DNA from: Macrostomum hystrix
Lineage: Eukaryota > Animalia > Platyhelminthes
NCBI GenBank assembly: GCA_950097015.1
Contig: CATNEN010000007.1
Coordinates: 6,200,001-6,264,000, forward strand
DNA length: 64,000 bases
Direction: 5' to 3'
Shown one piece after another: positions 1-13,140 of this stretch. Position 1 is the stretch's first letter, and each line of letters opens with the position of its first letter. The notes beneath the pieces are model-generated. The model did no database searches and was not told the DNA's origin. It saw only the letters and a program-made list of their open reading frames with translations. The translations under genes and the position numbers were made by a program.

Positions 1-117
1 TCAATCAATAAAAGTACTTTGCTAATACTATATACGTTCAATTCGGAATTTAAAAATTGAATTTTAAATAAACAGCAATAATATTTATCCCCAAATGGGA
101 TTCGCCACATCCCGCAG

Positions 118-380
118 GCTACGTGAACTCCTTCATGAACCCCATCATCTACGCCAAATTCAACCGGGACTTCCGCACGCCATTCAAGCACATCCTGCTC
201 TGCCACTGCAAGTCCATCAACGACAGGCTGCGGGCTGAGCAGTTCGCTGAGCAGTACGGCCTCGCCGGCAATAGGAAGAGCATCGCCTCCACCGGCGGCC
301 GGCAGCGGCGGCGAAGCTCCGACGTGGCTGCCAGGAGGGCGCGGCACAACATGAACAACGGCGCGGAGCACGCGGTCTGA
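118..380 (+). CDS. Terminal coding exon of a class A aminergic GPCR, 5-HT7-like (TM7, helix 8, C-tail); upstream exons lie outside the window
   Basis: Acceptor cccgcag|GC at 117/118. Translates (G)YVNSFMNPIIYAKFNRDFRTPFKHILLCHC...EQYG...AV*. It has the NPxxY motif, an FxxxF helix 8 and palmitoylation-type Cys. The subtype call rests on recalled similarity to invertebrate 5-HT7 tails. Confidence 0.85.
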
Positions 381-3300
381 GCCACGAGCATCTCCGGGTG
401 CGTTTGGTGGCACGTGTTGGACTATGTCGAGAGACTGAAAGGCCTCCTTGTGATACCCCTTTAGTTCCTCTTAAATGGACTACACATGATTGGCTGAGTC
501 TTGCAGCCAATGGGAGAATAGGCTCTTGATGGCTTAGCCAAAACTAATCTCACAATAGGCTGACTTTTCTACCCGATCTACAGCCACCTCACGCCTTCCT
601 GTTTGTTTGTAGATGTGTGCCGATCTGTGATTGGCTGACACTGCTCCAGCCAATAAGAAATTCGAAGTGGGACACTGAAACCGCTTTCCATATCTTTCTC
701 TGTTGTTGCGCCACAGACTGCTTATCTTATCCTAGCCTAGAAATTTTGCATGCTGAAGCCATTTTACTGAAAAAATGAAACGATGTAGTCGAATGTAAAA
801 GAACACTTTTATTTTGTTGACTTGTATGTTTCCCTTTGCTATCTGTCTGACTCGGAAGTTTCCTAAAATTGCTTCCTGTGATAAACTGCCTCGATTGTCA
901 CAGCCGCTCCTGCATTGTTGCGCAATTGGTGATTATGTTTGTGAATCTTCTGACATGCCACACTTTTATTCCGATGTTTTCACAGTCTTTATCAACGTGC
1001 ATGGGCCTGTGCGCCAACGCCCGCTTCCACTAACTTCGCGCCAGCTGTTGAATCGATCATTTGTTTTAATGAAAACGAAGCAAACGATTCTGGCACCAAT
1101 TTGAAATCGAAATGGCTCGCACTAATAACATTTTCCCAGCATTCTTAGACAAGTAGTCTGACGCACCTGTGCGAACCTTAGATTAAATACTAGCTGAAAT
1201 GTTTCACGTGATGTCAGAACAATTTTCCTTCCTCACGAATGACATTGTTTCATTCCCGAATTGTGATTTTTTTCGACTGGGGTTCTTTACCTTTTTTTCT
1301 TGGACAAAAATATTTTTGACGCATGTTTGTTGTTTCCAATCTGTAGACGATTGTTATTTTTCAGCCTCGCCGAATATGGTCAGAATTTATTTTGCCGACT
1401 CACTCAATCGTTTGTATTGTACAATAAGATTTTATGTTCGAGTATGTACATAAGCCCATGAGATTCTTAGTTCATCCAGCAGCCCAACCTTTATCGCTCT
1501 GGCACGTGATCAGCCATTGTACACACAGCATTGCTGTTGCTTTCTAGTAGACAACGAATACAGCCGCCACTGACGGGTTCCCAAGCTTTTTGCAGTTGTG
1601 TCAGGCCCTCCTTCATCTATGTGCCTGTTTAATCTTCTGTTTTCCCATCCAGCATCGCCGAGGTATAGACTGAAACCAGTAGTCAATCTGGGCAGTAACT
1701 AACATAGGCGAGTTTATATCATTGGTGAGAATCCTAGGTAACTGAAGATTTTGAGAATCCTCAAATTCGAGAAACCTCAATTTCAACATTTGATAATGGT
1801 CAAATTCGAGGATAATAAATTTGAGAATGGTAGAATTTCTTAATGTTCAATTTTCAGTCGTAGCAGAAATCAAGGTAACTATTCAAGCAATATTTAATCG
1901 ACAATAAACAGTGAGTGCTCAGCCCTGATTCATACCTGCTAATTGATTGCTCAACTGCGCTGAACCCATCAGAGAATTCATGCTCCCCCAACCGCTGCAT
2001 CAACATCACGCTTCATTGGTTTTTTCATTTCAGATTTCAGTTTTTTGTTGTCAAAGAAACGGTTCAGCCGCTTAATTTAATTTTCTTTAATTTCCAGCAA
2101 TTTTTATTTTATAGCAATGATTCGTTGAAATGCTTTCTTACCGATAATTTTTTCCCGTGAGCCTCACTAACAAGCTTTTCTTATTGGATTCAAGCACGAA
2201 CGAATGGTTTAGTTAAAAAATTGGTCGTTTTTTAGACTATTGGAAACTTCCGATAGATCTGTCCAATGCCATCCAGCAGCTGTTGTGTGCGACTGTAGAA
2301 CCCGCATGACCCGCTGAATATGTGGTAGACACCAAATATAACAGTTTAACTTAAAAGTGGATCTTTTATTTAGCAACATTTTCGTCACGGAGCATACCTG
2401 CTGCAAATGCATCAACTTCAAACAGCTAATTTTGTGTTTCAAATTAGATGTTTTTACCGATTTTCAAAGCGAAAATTCAAACAAGCTCTATAAGGAGCAA
2501 GCGCCAAGCAAGTGTTTTGCTTGTAAAGAATAAGTAATAACTAGAAAATACGAGAAAGCAACATTTTTCAGAAGCGACTTCGTGTAATTTCTAAGAAAAT
2601 TGAGAGCCAACGCCCTCGGAAAGGAGAATTTAAGAAGCTTAAAAAGAAGGCAGATCATGTTTATTTGAGTAACTTTTTGCTAAGAAATGTGCTGATAATG
2701 GCTTTTTTAAATGAGATAGTTAATATTTCTAAGAAACTGACAAGTGACATCTGAAGTCTCAAAGCGATAGGGAGAAAACTTTCTAAAATAACAAAACTTT
2801 GTATAGCGAATCGATAAAGCACACACATTCGGGTTAGATGTAATCGCCAATAAACCAGCTTGCGTTACCAAGGACTACGGAATATAAAAACCTAAGTTAA
2901 TTGGAAACGAGACTTTCGATCATTTCCGCAAGCTCATCTTCGTTTCAAGTCTTGGAATCTCCTTCGTCAATAAAGGCCGTTCGGTTCATAAAACTGCAGA
3001 GCACCCAACTCGCGGCAGCAGCAGCAGCAGCAAGGAATGATAAGTGGGGATCACGCGGCCCAAAGCCGCAAAGCTCAAATCTGCTCAGATATTTTCATGG
3101 GCCACAAGCTTATCCTTCTCGGCGGGGGGCTGGGCCATGGCCTTCCGTTAATCCTATTTCTACCACCGCCCAACTCACACTGAGATGTCTGTGTGTGCCT
3201 TCGCCCACTGTTCCCACCGTTCTCGCCGCACAAATCCGTAGCCACCGCCGCTGCCGCCGTCGCCGCCGCTGCCGATCTACTAAAAAAATGATTGATTTTT

Positions 3301-4525
3301 CCGGCCAGGGTCGGGCCCGGCGGAGGAGGAGTTTTGAGGGCCGCTAATGCCTCATTGTATTGCCGACAGATCTGACCAGAGCTGGCCTCTCTAGACCGCA
3401 GGGCGTGTGAAATCTCAACTGGCTAGTTTGAGAATGAGCAGCAACTGAAAGCAGACTGATTTTCTCGCCGGCGTGTTGACAAGCAACTCAAAAAATAGAG
3501 AAAGGAAAATAGAAGAGAGAAGGCGTGCTTTTTCTCTCCTCCTGCTCAGGTTCTGTTTTGAGCATAGCAGCTTATCCGTGGTATCGTTGTTATTGGAATT
3601 GTGCACTATATTGTAATTTTCGATAAAAAATAGCTCTCTCATTTCGCCAACCATAGTTCGGCTGCACACGTGGCTTTGAGAGGCCGACACTTGAGCGAAA
3701 ATTCCTACCTGACCCTGGGCATTAAGGCAAGGGATTAACTCGGTCCCAGGTGTGAGACAGGGGTTTACGAATCGGCGTCACGAACAGGGACAAACCTTCT
3801 AAAGCGATTTCACTCAGTGACCTTGAAAGCTGTAGTGCGGGCTCGGCAAAGTACAATCATAATTATGACAAGAATCAGTCTATCAATCAATCAATCAATC
3901 CATCTATCCTACCCGGTCCTTCTCAAACTTTGCGAAACACAAAATTCAAAAGAATTTCTACGCGAAATTAGGACCAAATTGGGTGCAAGGGAAGAGACTA
4001 AGAGAAAATTTTAAATTTGCTGCAGCAACAGCAGCAGCAGCTAAAGAGGAAGACTGAAGTTCTGTTGTGGTTGCAAAAGGACGACACAAAGGCGGAGGTC
4101 AGTCTTCGGATGGCGGGCAGTGAATTGTGGGATATGCAAATGAAAGCCGGGCACCGAGGTCTAATTGAATCTGCATATTTGATTCGGGGGCCTTATTATT
4201 TCAGTCGCGGCTCCTTCGCCCGACTGAGCGCAAAAGAAGCCACAATGGCCTGAAACTTTTCTTGGGGGGGGGAAGGGGGGTGATTTGACGCCCGCTAACT
4301 AAGGACGGCTTGGCGTACTTCAATGCCCAAATACGCCCCGGGGGTAATTTAGTTTGCGGAGTTTTATCGAACAAGAGCGGCGTCTGTTGGGCAACCTGTA
4401 CGCTCTCAACATTGCCTTTGTATTCTGTCCGCCTCGGGTCCGTGTCTACTCAAAACTTTCACCCAAATTCTCTCTGTGCAACTCAAGCACAGTGTAAAAG
4501 TCTGTCTCTGAAGAATGCCTGGTAC

Positions 4526-5102
4526 CCTACCCCTCATGGTATATCATAACCTACCCCTCATGGTGTATCAGAACCTACCCCTCATGGTGTATCATAACCT
4601 ACCCCTCATGGTGTATCATAACCTACCCCTCATGGTGTATCATAACCTACTCCTCATGGTGTATCATAGCCTACCCCTCATGGTGTATCATAACCTACCC
4701 CTCATGGTGTATCATAACCTACTCCTCATGGTGTATCATAACCTACTCCTCATGGTGTATCATAACCTACTCCTCATGGTGTATCATAACCTACCCCTCA
4801 TGGTGTATCATAACCTACCCCTCATGGTGTATCATAACCTACCCCTCATGGTGTATCATAACCTACCCCTCATGGTGTGTCATAACCTACCCCTCATGGT
4901 GTATCATAACCTACCCCTCATGGTGTATCATAACCTACCCCTCATGGTGTATCATAACCTACCCCTCATGGTGTGTCATAACCTACCCCTCATGGTGTAT
5001 CATAACCTACCCCTCATGGTGTATCATAACCTACCCCTCATGGTGTAACAAACAGGGGCTCACTGCCTACATCTAATGGTGTATCATAACCTACCCCTCA
5101 TG
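4526..5102. repeat. 24-bp minisatellite (CCTACCCCTCATGGTGTATCATAA)n
   Basis: About 22 near-perfect tandem units; source of the spurious LPLMVYHN ORF. Confidence 0.95.
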
Positions 5103-6162
5103 GCTCACTGCCTGCCTCTAATGGTGTCTCATATGTCTCAGTGAATAAATACACACACGCATTCTCAGGTCTAGGTTAAGCTTGAACTTTATTTTTAAGA
5201 TAATTCGTAGCCGCTCCCGAGAAGTTCTTGGTCCACGCCGTCTCCCTGTCTCCAAGGCCATCAGTTATTCATGATCTTGCTCATTTTGCGATGGCACATG
5301 CTGGGCCATGGAGAGACATAGTAGGGATGCCCTGAGGACAGACCTGTAGTCAAAGTTTTAGCTCCCAGATTCAGAGTAGCCCGTGACGTTTGTCGTTTCC
5401 CAGTCTTCCTAAAAACCCATGCGCTGCTATAGAAGTTCCTCACAGACGAATCGTGCGCACATTTTAAATGTCAGGTTCCAATCCAATGGCTAGAAAGTAA
5501 AGATGAAATTGAGAAATACGGTTGGAATTTTTCAAGTTAAATTTATTATTTAAACTTCACTCGCCCTGTGGCCAATGAGGCAATGACTGCTAGCGGCCTA
5601 GTCGGCAGTCTTTTTTGTTAATTATTTATTCATGACAGCAGAGAAGAGTAATGCGGATTCGCCGCACTTTCTCCGTCGGGCGCAGACGGGTGGCTCAACT
5701 GAACTCAAAAGAAGCTTCTCGATCACTTCCACTTTCTCTATTCTGGCAGCAGAGAATGAAGATTTATGAGCGGACTCGAAGCCCTAACCCCAGGCCGAGT
5801 TTAGGGTTGGGGTTGGCGGATAATGGTTGCCAAGGCCCTACTGTGAGAAATGAGTCTGCCATCTGCTTGGCCTAAATTGTATTATTTATTAGGAAGTGTA
5901 CTCTGAAAATAAACATTGAGTAACGGAGCCAGCACTTGGCAGCTCAGTACTTCCGCCTACTCACTGCCCGTGTCCGCAAAGAGGATCTGATGAGCTCATC
6001 AGTTATCTCACTTTCCTGGAGAATTGAGCAGCACTTTGCGTGCAGAGAATATGCGACGCTAGCAAACTTCCAGCTGCGGGAGGGGCTTAAAGAACAAACT
6101 TAAACCACCTGCCCAATTCGAACCTCACAGTCACGCTTTGCCAACAATGTCTCATGGCTTAG

Positions 6163-6440
6163 ATCTCACAGTGTCTCACAGCCTACATCTCACAGTGTCT
6201 CACAGCCTACATCTCACAGTGTCTCACAGCCTACACCTCAGTGTCTCACAGCCTACATCTCACAGTGTCTCACAGCCTACATCTCACAGTGTCTCACAGC
6301 CTACACCTCAGTGTCTCACAGCCTACATCTCACAGTGTCTCACAGCCTACACCTCAGTGTCTCACAGCCTACATCTCACAGTGTCTCACAGCCTACATCT
6401 CACAGTGTCTCACAGCCTACATCTCACAGTGTCTCACAGT
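6163..6440. repeat. 22/24-bp minisatellite (CATCTCACAGTGTCTCACAGCCTA)n
   Basis: Direct tandem units of two lengths. Confidence 0.93.
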
Positions 6441-7088
6441 CCAGGCTGTGCGCAAGTAAAAGTAACTCAGCCTATATGAGCTCGTGACTCGCGCTAAAAA
6501 AACAGAACTCAAGCTAATCGGAGCTCTCGGAAGATGGGGATAAATGATATATTGAAAGGGGAAGGCAGCATCTCGAGTCATTAGTTCTCCCAGATTGCAG
6601 ACGATCCCAGCACGCCCATGCACCCGATTCCCAGAGGATTTTGGGGAGGCCTGTGCGGGGCGTAGCGGCAGATTTTATTTCGTATTATCCCCCTCCCCTG
6701 TCTGACCGGCCGGTGATTCGGTCTCAATCAACTGCCGAGCAGCTCGCGGGGATTAGCGGGACCCAGAAACTGACTCAAGCAGCGGCACAGATTCCGGCCT
6801 TGAGGGGTTTAAGGGGCCTATCGGCTTTGCGTCATAGCAACTGGGAACCGCTGTCCTGCTCATGTCAAGCCACCTTCGCAGCCGCAGGTGGCGGACATCA
6901 CTGAACAAAACAGTTGCCAAATTGGGAAGAGTTTGAACTTAAGCAGTACAAGACACATTTTAGAGAATTTTTTTTCCTCGAGCATTCGACCTTAGCCTTC
7001 TCTCAGAAATTTACGAGTACATTCCATTTTCTATACTTTTAAACTATCTCATCAACCTCTCTACAAATCCTCCCCCTATCGCCTCTCT

Positions 7089-7202
7089 CCCATCTCCATC
7101 TCCATTCTCTCTCCCATCTCCATTCTCTCTCTCATCTCCATTCTCTCTCTCATCTCCATTCTCTCTCCCATCTCCATTCTCTATCCCATCTCCATTCTCT
7201 CT
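7089..7202. repeat. 18-bp pyrimidine-rich tandem repeat (CCATCTCCATTCTCTCTC)n
   Basis: About 6 units seen directly. Confidence 0.85.
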
Positions 7203-8875
7203 AAGGGGCTGCAGCCATGGTCAATCATTCGTTGCTGCCACCGCTGTCACTCCAGTTCTTGCTGAGCACCCATAAAAGCAGTAGGGGGGGTGATAAAAAA
7301 TCTGTGAGACACAATGAGACATCTTTGTGATTGATTAGCCGTCACAGTTGCCCGTTCGCTTGCTTCTACTCAGTTGCTAAGGCCAGCCTTAGTAATCCAG
7401 ATGGTTAGCTACTATAGCAAGCAAGGCCTGGACATGCAGCAGAGAGTGCGCCAGAAGACACTCGCGACAGAATTCTGAGATGGGAGGTAGTGCTTACACT
7501 ACTGGACTAACTCCTATAGCTCCCTGTTCTTTGCTATGCTCACTATTCTGATGAGGGCATAAAAAACCGTCGAAGAAGCAAAAACAAGACTATAGAGGCC
7601 GCCAAAATAGGGTGGATAAGGGGAGGAGGAGCAGGGGTAGGGCGGGACAAGGAGTCTTTGACACAGTCAGTCCGACGGGGCCGAATCGAATTTCTCCCCG
7701 ACGCTTCATCCGGCTCGCTGAGCAGCCTTCCTGTCTTTCGGGTCCTTCGCGTTTCTGCCACAAGCAAAAGCCGCCACGCTTTTGTCATAACAAAAAAAAC
7801 GCTGCCAAACGGAGTCGCGCAGCAGCAAAGTGCAAGCCGCGAGCTCACCGGGTGCTTCCTCAGGCTGAGTTCTGAGCTCATGGCGAAATCTAATGGACTG
7901 AAAATTATATTTTCAAATCGTACTTTTTTGTAGTTGTTTTAATTCAAATACCCGCTGCCTACTTCACGAAAGCTTCTAAACCAAAAAAACAATTTTGGTG
8001 AAAATTTTCTTGAACGATGAACTAACTCTCAAGGCCGTCCGATGTCAGTATCTGTCATGTTACTCAGTGATTCTTGTCGAAGGCCCTGTTAACAAGGCAA
8101 CTAACATTATTTAGTATAAACTTCTATGGAGAATGCATATTGGTTCAATAACTAAAAAAGAACGATACGTTGCACCGAGAGCTGACAGACAAAGTTCATT
8201 TGAGCTGGGAGAGCAGAATTGGAAAATCAGGCGGGCCAGGCGATGGCAAGAACAACAAGCTGGCATGCGGTCCTGGTAGGATGAAGAAGGCCAAAAAATT
8301 CTTGTTTTAAGAAGCGACGACAAAAATAATTTATGACATAATGGAGCAGGCAGACCAGCAGCTGCTTAGGAAATTTGAGCACAGCAGTGCATGTGCTGCT
8401 GATCGGTATGTTTCGCGGAATTGAGTCAGAGAGAAGATGGGGGTGACAGAGTGCGCAACTGAGTGACTTGGCGGTGGCAGAGTGTTATTAATGCCAATAT
8501 TTGCCGCAGGAAAGATTACTCCGTCAACAGCTAAAAACCCTTTCCTATGCACTGCAGAAGCTCCTGTTTCAAGCTGGGTTTGTGTTGACACTTGACAAGT
8601 CCGGCTGGCCAGTACTACATCAGTGTGTGAGTACTGAAATCGGGTGTCCGGAACTGGCCCGCCTCTGACTTGCCGTCAGATTGTAAAGCTCATTGTTGCT
8701 AATAAACAATTCATGATGGAAGAGCTGACCGATAAGATTCCTTAGCTGCGGCCTCAAATTGACTCGCCACTCTGGGGAGACTTGGGATTTATTCACGGTT
8801 GGGGAAGAAAATACCGAGTGTTAAGAAAAGTAAGCTCTTATCAGAGAGAACCTTGGCTTCTAGCAAGAGATTGGA

Positions 8876-10643
8876 AATAGAATAATAATAATAGTAAGCA
8901 CGGAGAGGAGCAGAGCATTGTGCTGAACTGTGGGATAATGGGGCAGGGCATTGTGCTGAACTGTGGGATAATGGGGCAGGGCATTGTACTGAACTGTGGG
9001 ATAATGGGGCAGGGCATTGTGCTGAACTGTGGGATAATGGGGCAGGGCATTGTACTGAACTGTGGGATAATGGGGCAGGGCATTGTGCTGAACTGTGGGA
9101 TAATAGGGCAGGGCATTGTGCTGAACTGTGGGATAATGGGGCAGGGCATTGTACTGAACTGTGGGATAATGGGGCAGGGCATTGTGCTGAACTGTGGGAT
9201 AATAGGGCAGGGCATTGTGCTGAACTGTGGGATAATGGGGCAGGGCATTGTGCTGAACTGTGGGATAATGGGGCAGGGCATTGTGCTGAACTGTGGGATA
9301 ATGGGGCAGGGCATAGAGTAATAATAAAAGTAAGCACGGAGAGGGGCAGAGCATTGTGCTGAACTGTGGGATAATGGGGCAGGGCATTGTACTGAACTGT
9401 GGGATAATAGGGCAGGGCATTGTGCTGAACTGTGGGATAATGGGGCAGGGCATTGTGCTGAACTGTGGGATAATGGGGCAGGGCATTGTGCTGAACTGTG
9501 GGATAATAGGGCAGGGCATTGTGCTGAACTGTGGGATAATGGGGCAGGGCATTGTACTGAACTGTGGGATAATGGGGCAGGGCATTGTGCTGAACTGTGG
9601 GATAATGGGGCAGGGCATTGTGCTGAACTGTGGGATAATGGGGCAGGGCATTGTGCTGAACTGTGGGATAATGGGGCAGGGCATTGTGCTGAACTGTGGG
9701 ATAATGGGGCAGGGCATAGAGTAATAATAAAAGTAAGCACGGAGAGGGGCAGAGCATTGTGCTGAACTGTGGGATAATGGGGCAGGGCATTGTACTGAAC
9801 TGTGGGATAATAGGGCAGGGCATTGTGCTGAACTGTGGGATAATGGGGCAGGGCATTGTGCTGAACTGTGGGATAATGGGGCAGGGCATTGTGCTGAACT
9901 GTGGGATAATGGGGCAGGGCATTGTGCTGAACTGTGGGATAATGGGGCAGGGCATTGTGCTGAACTGTGGGATAATGGGGCAGGGCATTGTACTGAACTG
10001 TGGGATAATGGGGCAGGGCATTGTGCTGAACTGTGGGATAATGGGGCAGGGCATTGTACTGAACTGTGGGATAATGGGGCAGGGCATAGAGTAATAATAA
10101 AAGTAAGCACGGAGAGGGGCAGAGCATTGTGCTGAACTGTGGGATAATGGGGCAGGGCATTGTACTGAACTGTGGGATAATAGGGCAGGGCATTGTGCTG
10201 AACTGTGGGATAATGGGGCAGGGCATTGTGCTGAACTGTGGGATAATGGGGCAGGGCATTGTGCTGAACTGTGGGATAATGGGGCAGGGCATTGTGCTGA
10301 ACTGTGGGATAATGGGGCAGGGCATTGTGCTGAACTGTGGGATAATGGGGCAGGGCATTGTGCTGAACTGTGGGATAATGGGGCAGGGCATTGTACTGAA
10401 CTGTGGGATAATAGGGCAGGGCATTGTGCTGAACTGTGGGATAATGGGGCAGGGCATTGTACTGAACTGTGGGATAATAGGGCAGGGCATTGTGCTGAAC
10501 TGTGAGAGGATGGGACAGGGCATTGTGCTGAACTGTGAGAGGATGGGACAGGGCATTGTGCTGAACTGTGAGAGGATGGGACAGGGCATTGTGCTGAACT
10601 GTGAGAGGATGGGACAGGGCATTATGCTGAACTGTGAGAGGGA
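8876..10643. repeat. 33-bp minisatellite (GCATTGTGCTGAACTGTGGGATAATGGGGCAGG)n with higher-order blocks
   Basis: About 50 units, interrupted at ~9315, ~9718 and ~10088 by the same ~40-bp segment (AGAGTAATAATAAAAGTAAGCACGGAGAGGGGCAGA), which resembles the left flank. Confidence 0.96.
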
Positions 10644-11305
10644 TGCTCCCAAACCTTGATCCCCAGTCTCAAAGACAGGGCCTCGCTTATTTACGACAGC
10701 TTTTCGGCCGCCGGCGGAGCCGGAAACGACTTTGAGCACCCAGCCCATCCAGCCTACCTAGCAACTGGTTAGGGAGTCGAAATCCAGGGAGAACGAAGGA
10801 CAATAAAATGGCCTCTCGGTAGTTAAAGTGCTTTCTCCTCGAGTTGAGTTTATGAAGCTATGAGTCCAAGCCGCTAACCAGTGCGAGTTCAGAGATAATG
10901 AGCTTCATGGAACACACCGAGCTGTGAAGAGGGATTTTAGGGTTCAAGAGTACAAAAGAGGGCAGTCTGGCGGTCTGCTAAGCAAACAAACCCAGGTAGG
11001 AGGGCCATCTTCATACTTAAGGAGCGGCAATTATAATAGCTCACGCAATGGTTGACATGCTAAAACAGACTCAAGCCAAACCCGCTGGGTTGATTGAATG
11101 CACTAAATTTGAGTTCGCGGGTTAGAGAACTCAAGTATTGGCTTTAACTTGAGCAGCCAGATATGTCTATTAATGAATGCAGAAACTGTTGAGGATTGGC
11201 AATCATGTATAAAAGAATTGGAAATCCTATAGAATTGAATTGTAGGTGAATTGGCAATCCTGCTAAAATTTTGAAAATCCTATAGAACGATTAGAAATCC
11301 TGTAG

Positions 11306-11988
11306 AATTTTCTAAACTTTTCTTCTGCGGGATTTTCAATCCCTCTGTAGGATTTCCGATTCTTCAAAAGGATTCCCAAACTTTCTACTGGATTTGAAAT
11401 CATTTTCAAGTATTTTTTTTAAAACTTCTACAGGAATTAAAATCCTTCCAAATGATTCTAAATGTAGAAGGATTGAAAATCCTGTAGAAGGATTGAAAAT
11501 ATTGTAGAAGGATTGAAAATATTGTAGAAGGATTGAAAATCCTGTAGAAGGATTGAAAATATTGTAGAAGGATTGAAAATCCTGTAGAAGGATTGAAAAT
11601 CCTGTAGAAGGATTGAAAATCCTGTAGAAGGATTGAAAATCCTGTAGAAGGATTGAAAATCCTGTAGAAGGATTGAAAATCCTGTAGAAGGATTGAAAAT
11701 ATTGTAGAAGGATTGAAATCCTGTAGAAGGATTGAAAATACTTTTGAAGAATTGGAAATCCTGTAGAAGAGTATCAATTCCTTTTGAATGGTTGGAAATC
11801 CTGTTGAAGGATTGCCAATTTTTTAAACGATTGGGAATCATTTATAAGTTTTTAAATCCTGTAGAAGTTTTTAAATAAATCAATACTTTAATTAGATTTC
11901 AAAGCCACTAGAAAGTTTGGAAGTCTTCTGAAGAATTGGAAATCCTATGGAGGGATTGAAAATCCCATAGAAAAAACTTTCGAAAATT
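11306..11988. mobile_element. Foldback/MITE-like element: ~95-bp imperfect terminal inverted repeats enclosing a 20-bp minisatellite
   Basis: The reverse complement of 11306-11400 aligns colinearly with 11896-11988. Internal array (TGTAGAAGGATTGAAAATCC)n at ~11463-11770. No ORF; target-site duplication not determined. Confidence 0.6.
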
Positions 11989-12861
11989 AGCAACATTAGC
12001 ACATTAAGTTTCCAGGCGACTCGCTTTGTGGAATTTTGCATTTGGTGAGAAATCGTTCGTATATTTTAGGAGTTCGTCGTGCAGGAAAGCAAAGGTATGC
12101 AAAAATCGTGGAAGTTTGGCGCGGGGCAAATCTCTGAGTCCGTCTCTACCCTCCTCGCTCCGCGTCTTTTCTCTCTTTTTTATCTTGAGCGATAGTCGGC
12201 GCCGCGGAGGACAGAGCAGAGAGCGCGAAAGAAGCTACCGAGATAAATGGGAGAAAGAAATAAGAAATGAAGGAAGGAAGGAAGGAAGGGAGGAAGGAAG
12301 GGATCTATAGCAGGGCCCCGGTGGACGGTAAATTGCCCATCTTGGTCGCCAGAATTTAATTTCCGGCCTCGGTGATTCGGACGGCTGCGGCGGCGCTGTT
12401 GGTGGGGCCAGGGAGTTAAGAAACTGTTGGGAGGATTGGGATAGAAACGGCAGTCCATTTTCCTTTGGCACAATGCTCAATATAAGTGCTCAATTCAAAC
12501 GTTCGACCCGGCGTCCAGTCAATCCGTTCGACCGATTTTCCTATCCCGTCAGTTTCCTTATATATCAATAATATACCAATGTAAGCTTTAGTTCACGCAT
12601 CTAGTCTTAGGAATTCTGAGTTTTTTTAGTTCTTGAGCACCTAGCTAACTATTGAGTAGTAAATGTATGCTCAACCATGCCTTCTGGGACCACGGATCGA
12701 TGCCAGAATACTGAAGGTCTGGATTTGAAAGTCTGTTGGAAAGAATATATAATCCTTCTAGAATATAGTTCTAATGAACGATTATGATTATATTTAGATG
12801 GAATCCGCAATCGTCCTTTGTGAAATTAGGATGTTAATTCGCATGTTTGCTATGAGGATTT

Positions 12862-13140
12862 AAGGATTGAATGATTGGAAATCCTGTTAGATGATTGAAG
12901 TTTTGGAAATCCTGTTCAAGGATTGAAGGATTGGAAATCCTGTTGAAGGATTGAAGGATTGGAAATCCTGTTGAAGGATTGAAGGATTGGAAATCCCGTT
13001 TCAAGGATTGAAGGATTGGAAATCCCGTTTCAAGGATTGAAGGATTGGAAATCTTGTTCGAGGATTGAAGGATTGGAAATCCTGTTTGAGGATTGGCGAT
13101 CCTGTTGGAGGATTGGCGATCCTGTTAAAGGATTGGAAAT
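12862..13140. repeat. 28-29-bp degenerate tandem repeat (AAGGATTGAAGGATTGGAAATCCTGTTG)n
   Basis: Shares the GGATTG(G/A)AAATCCTGT core with the 11.5-kb array. Confidence 0.85.

Noticed and set aside
800-2460. Possible degraded transposon coding sequence after the GPCR
   Set aside because: No transposase, reverse transcriptase or endonuclease motif could be read with confidence.
4515-5048. LPLMVYHN repeat ORF, and the similar ORFs at 6138, 11406, 19406, 24374 and 28969
   Set aside because: Minisatellite translations, several lying inside defined introns.
8789-10748. 400-635 aa ORFs (MPCPIIPQFST repeats) and a CRISPR-like look
   Set aside because: These are translations of a stop-free 33-bp unit, open in several frames. 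The interruptions are identical rather than unique spacers, there are no cas genes, and the context is eukaryotic.
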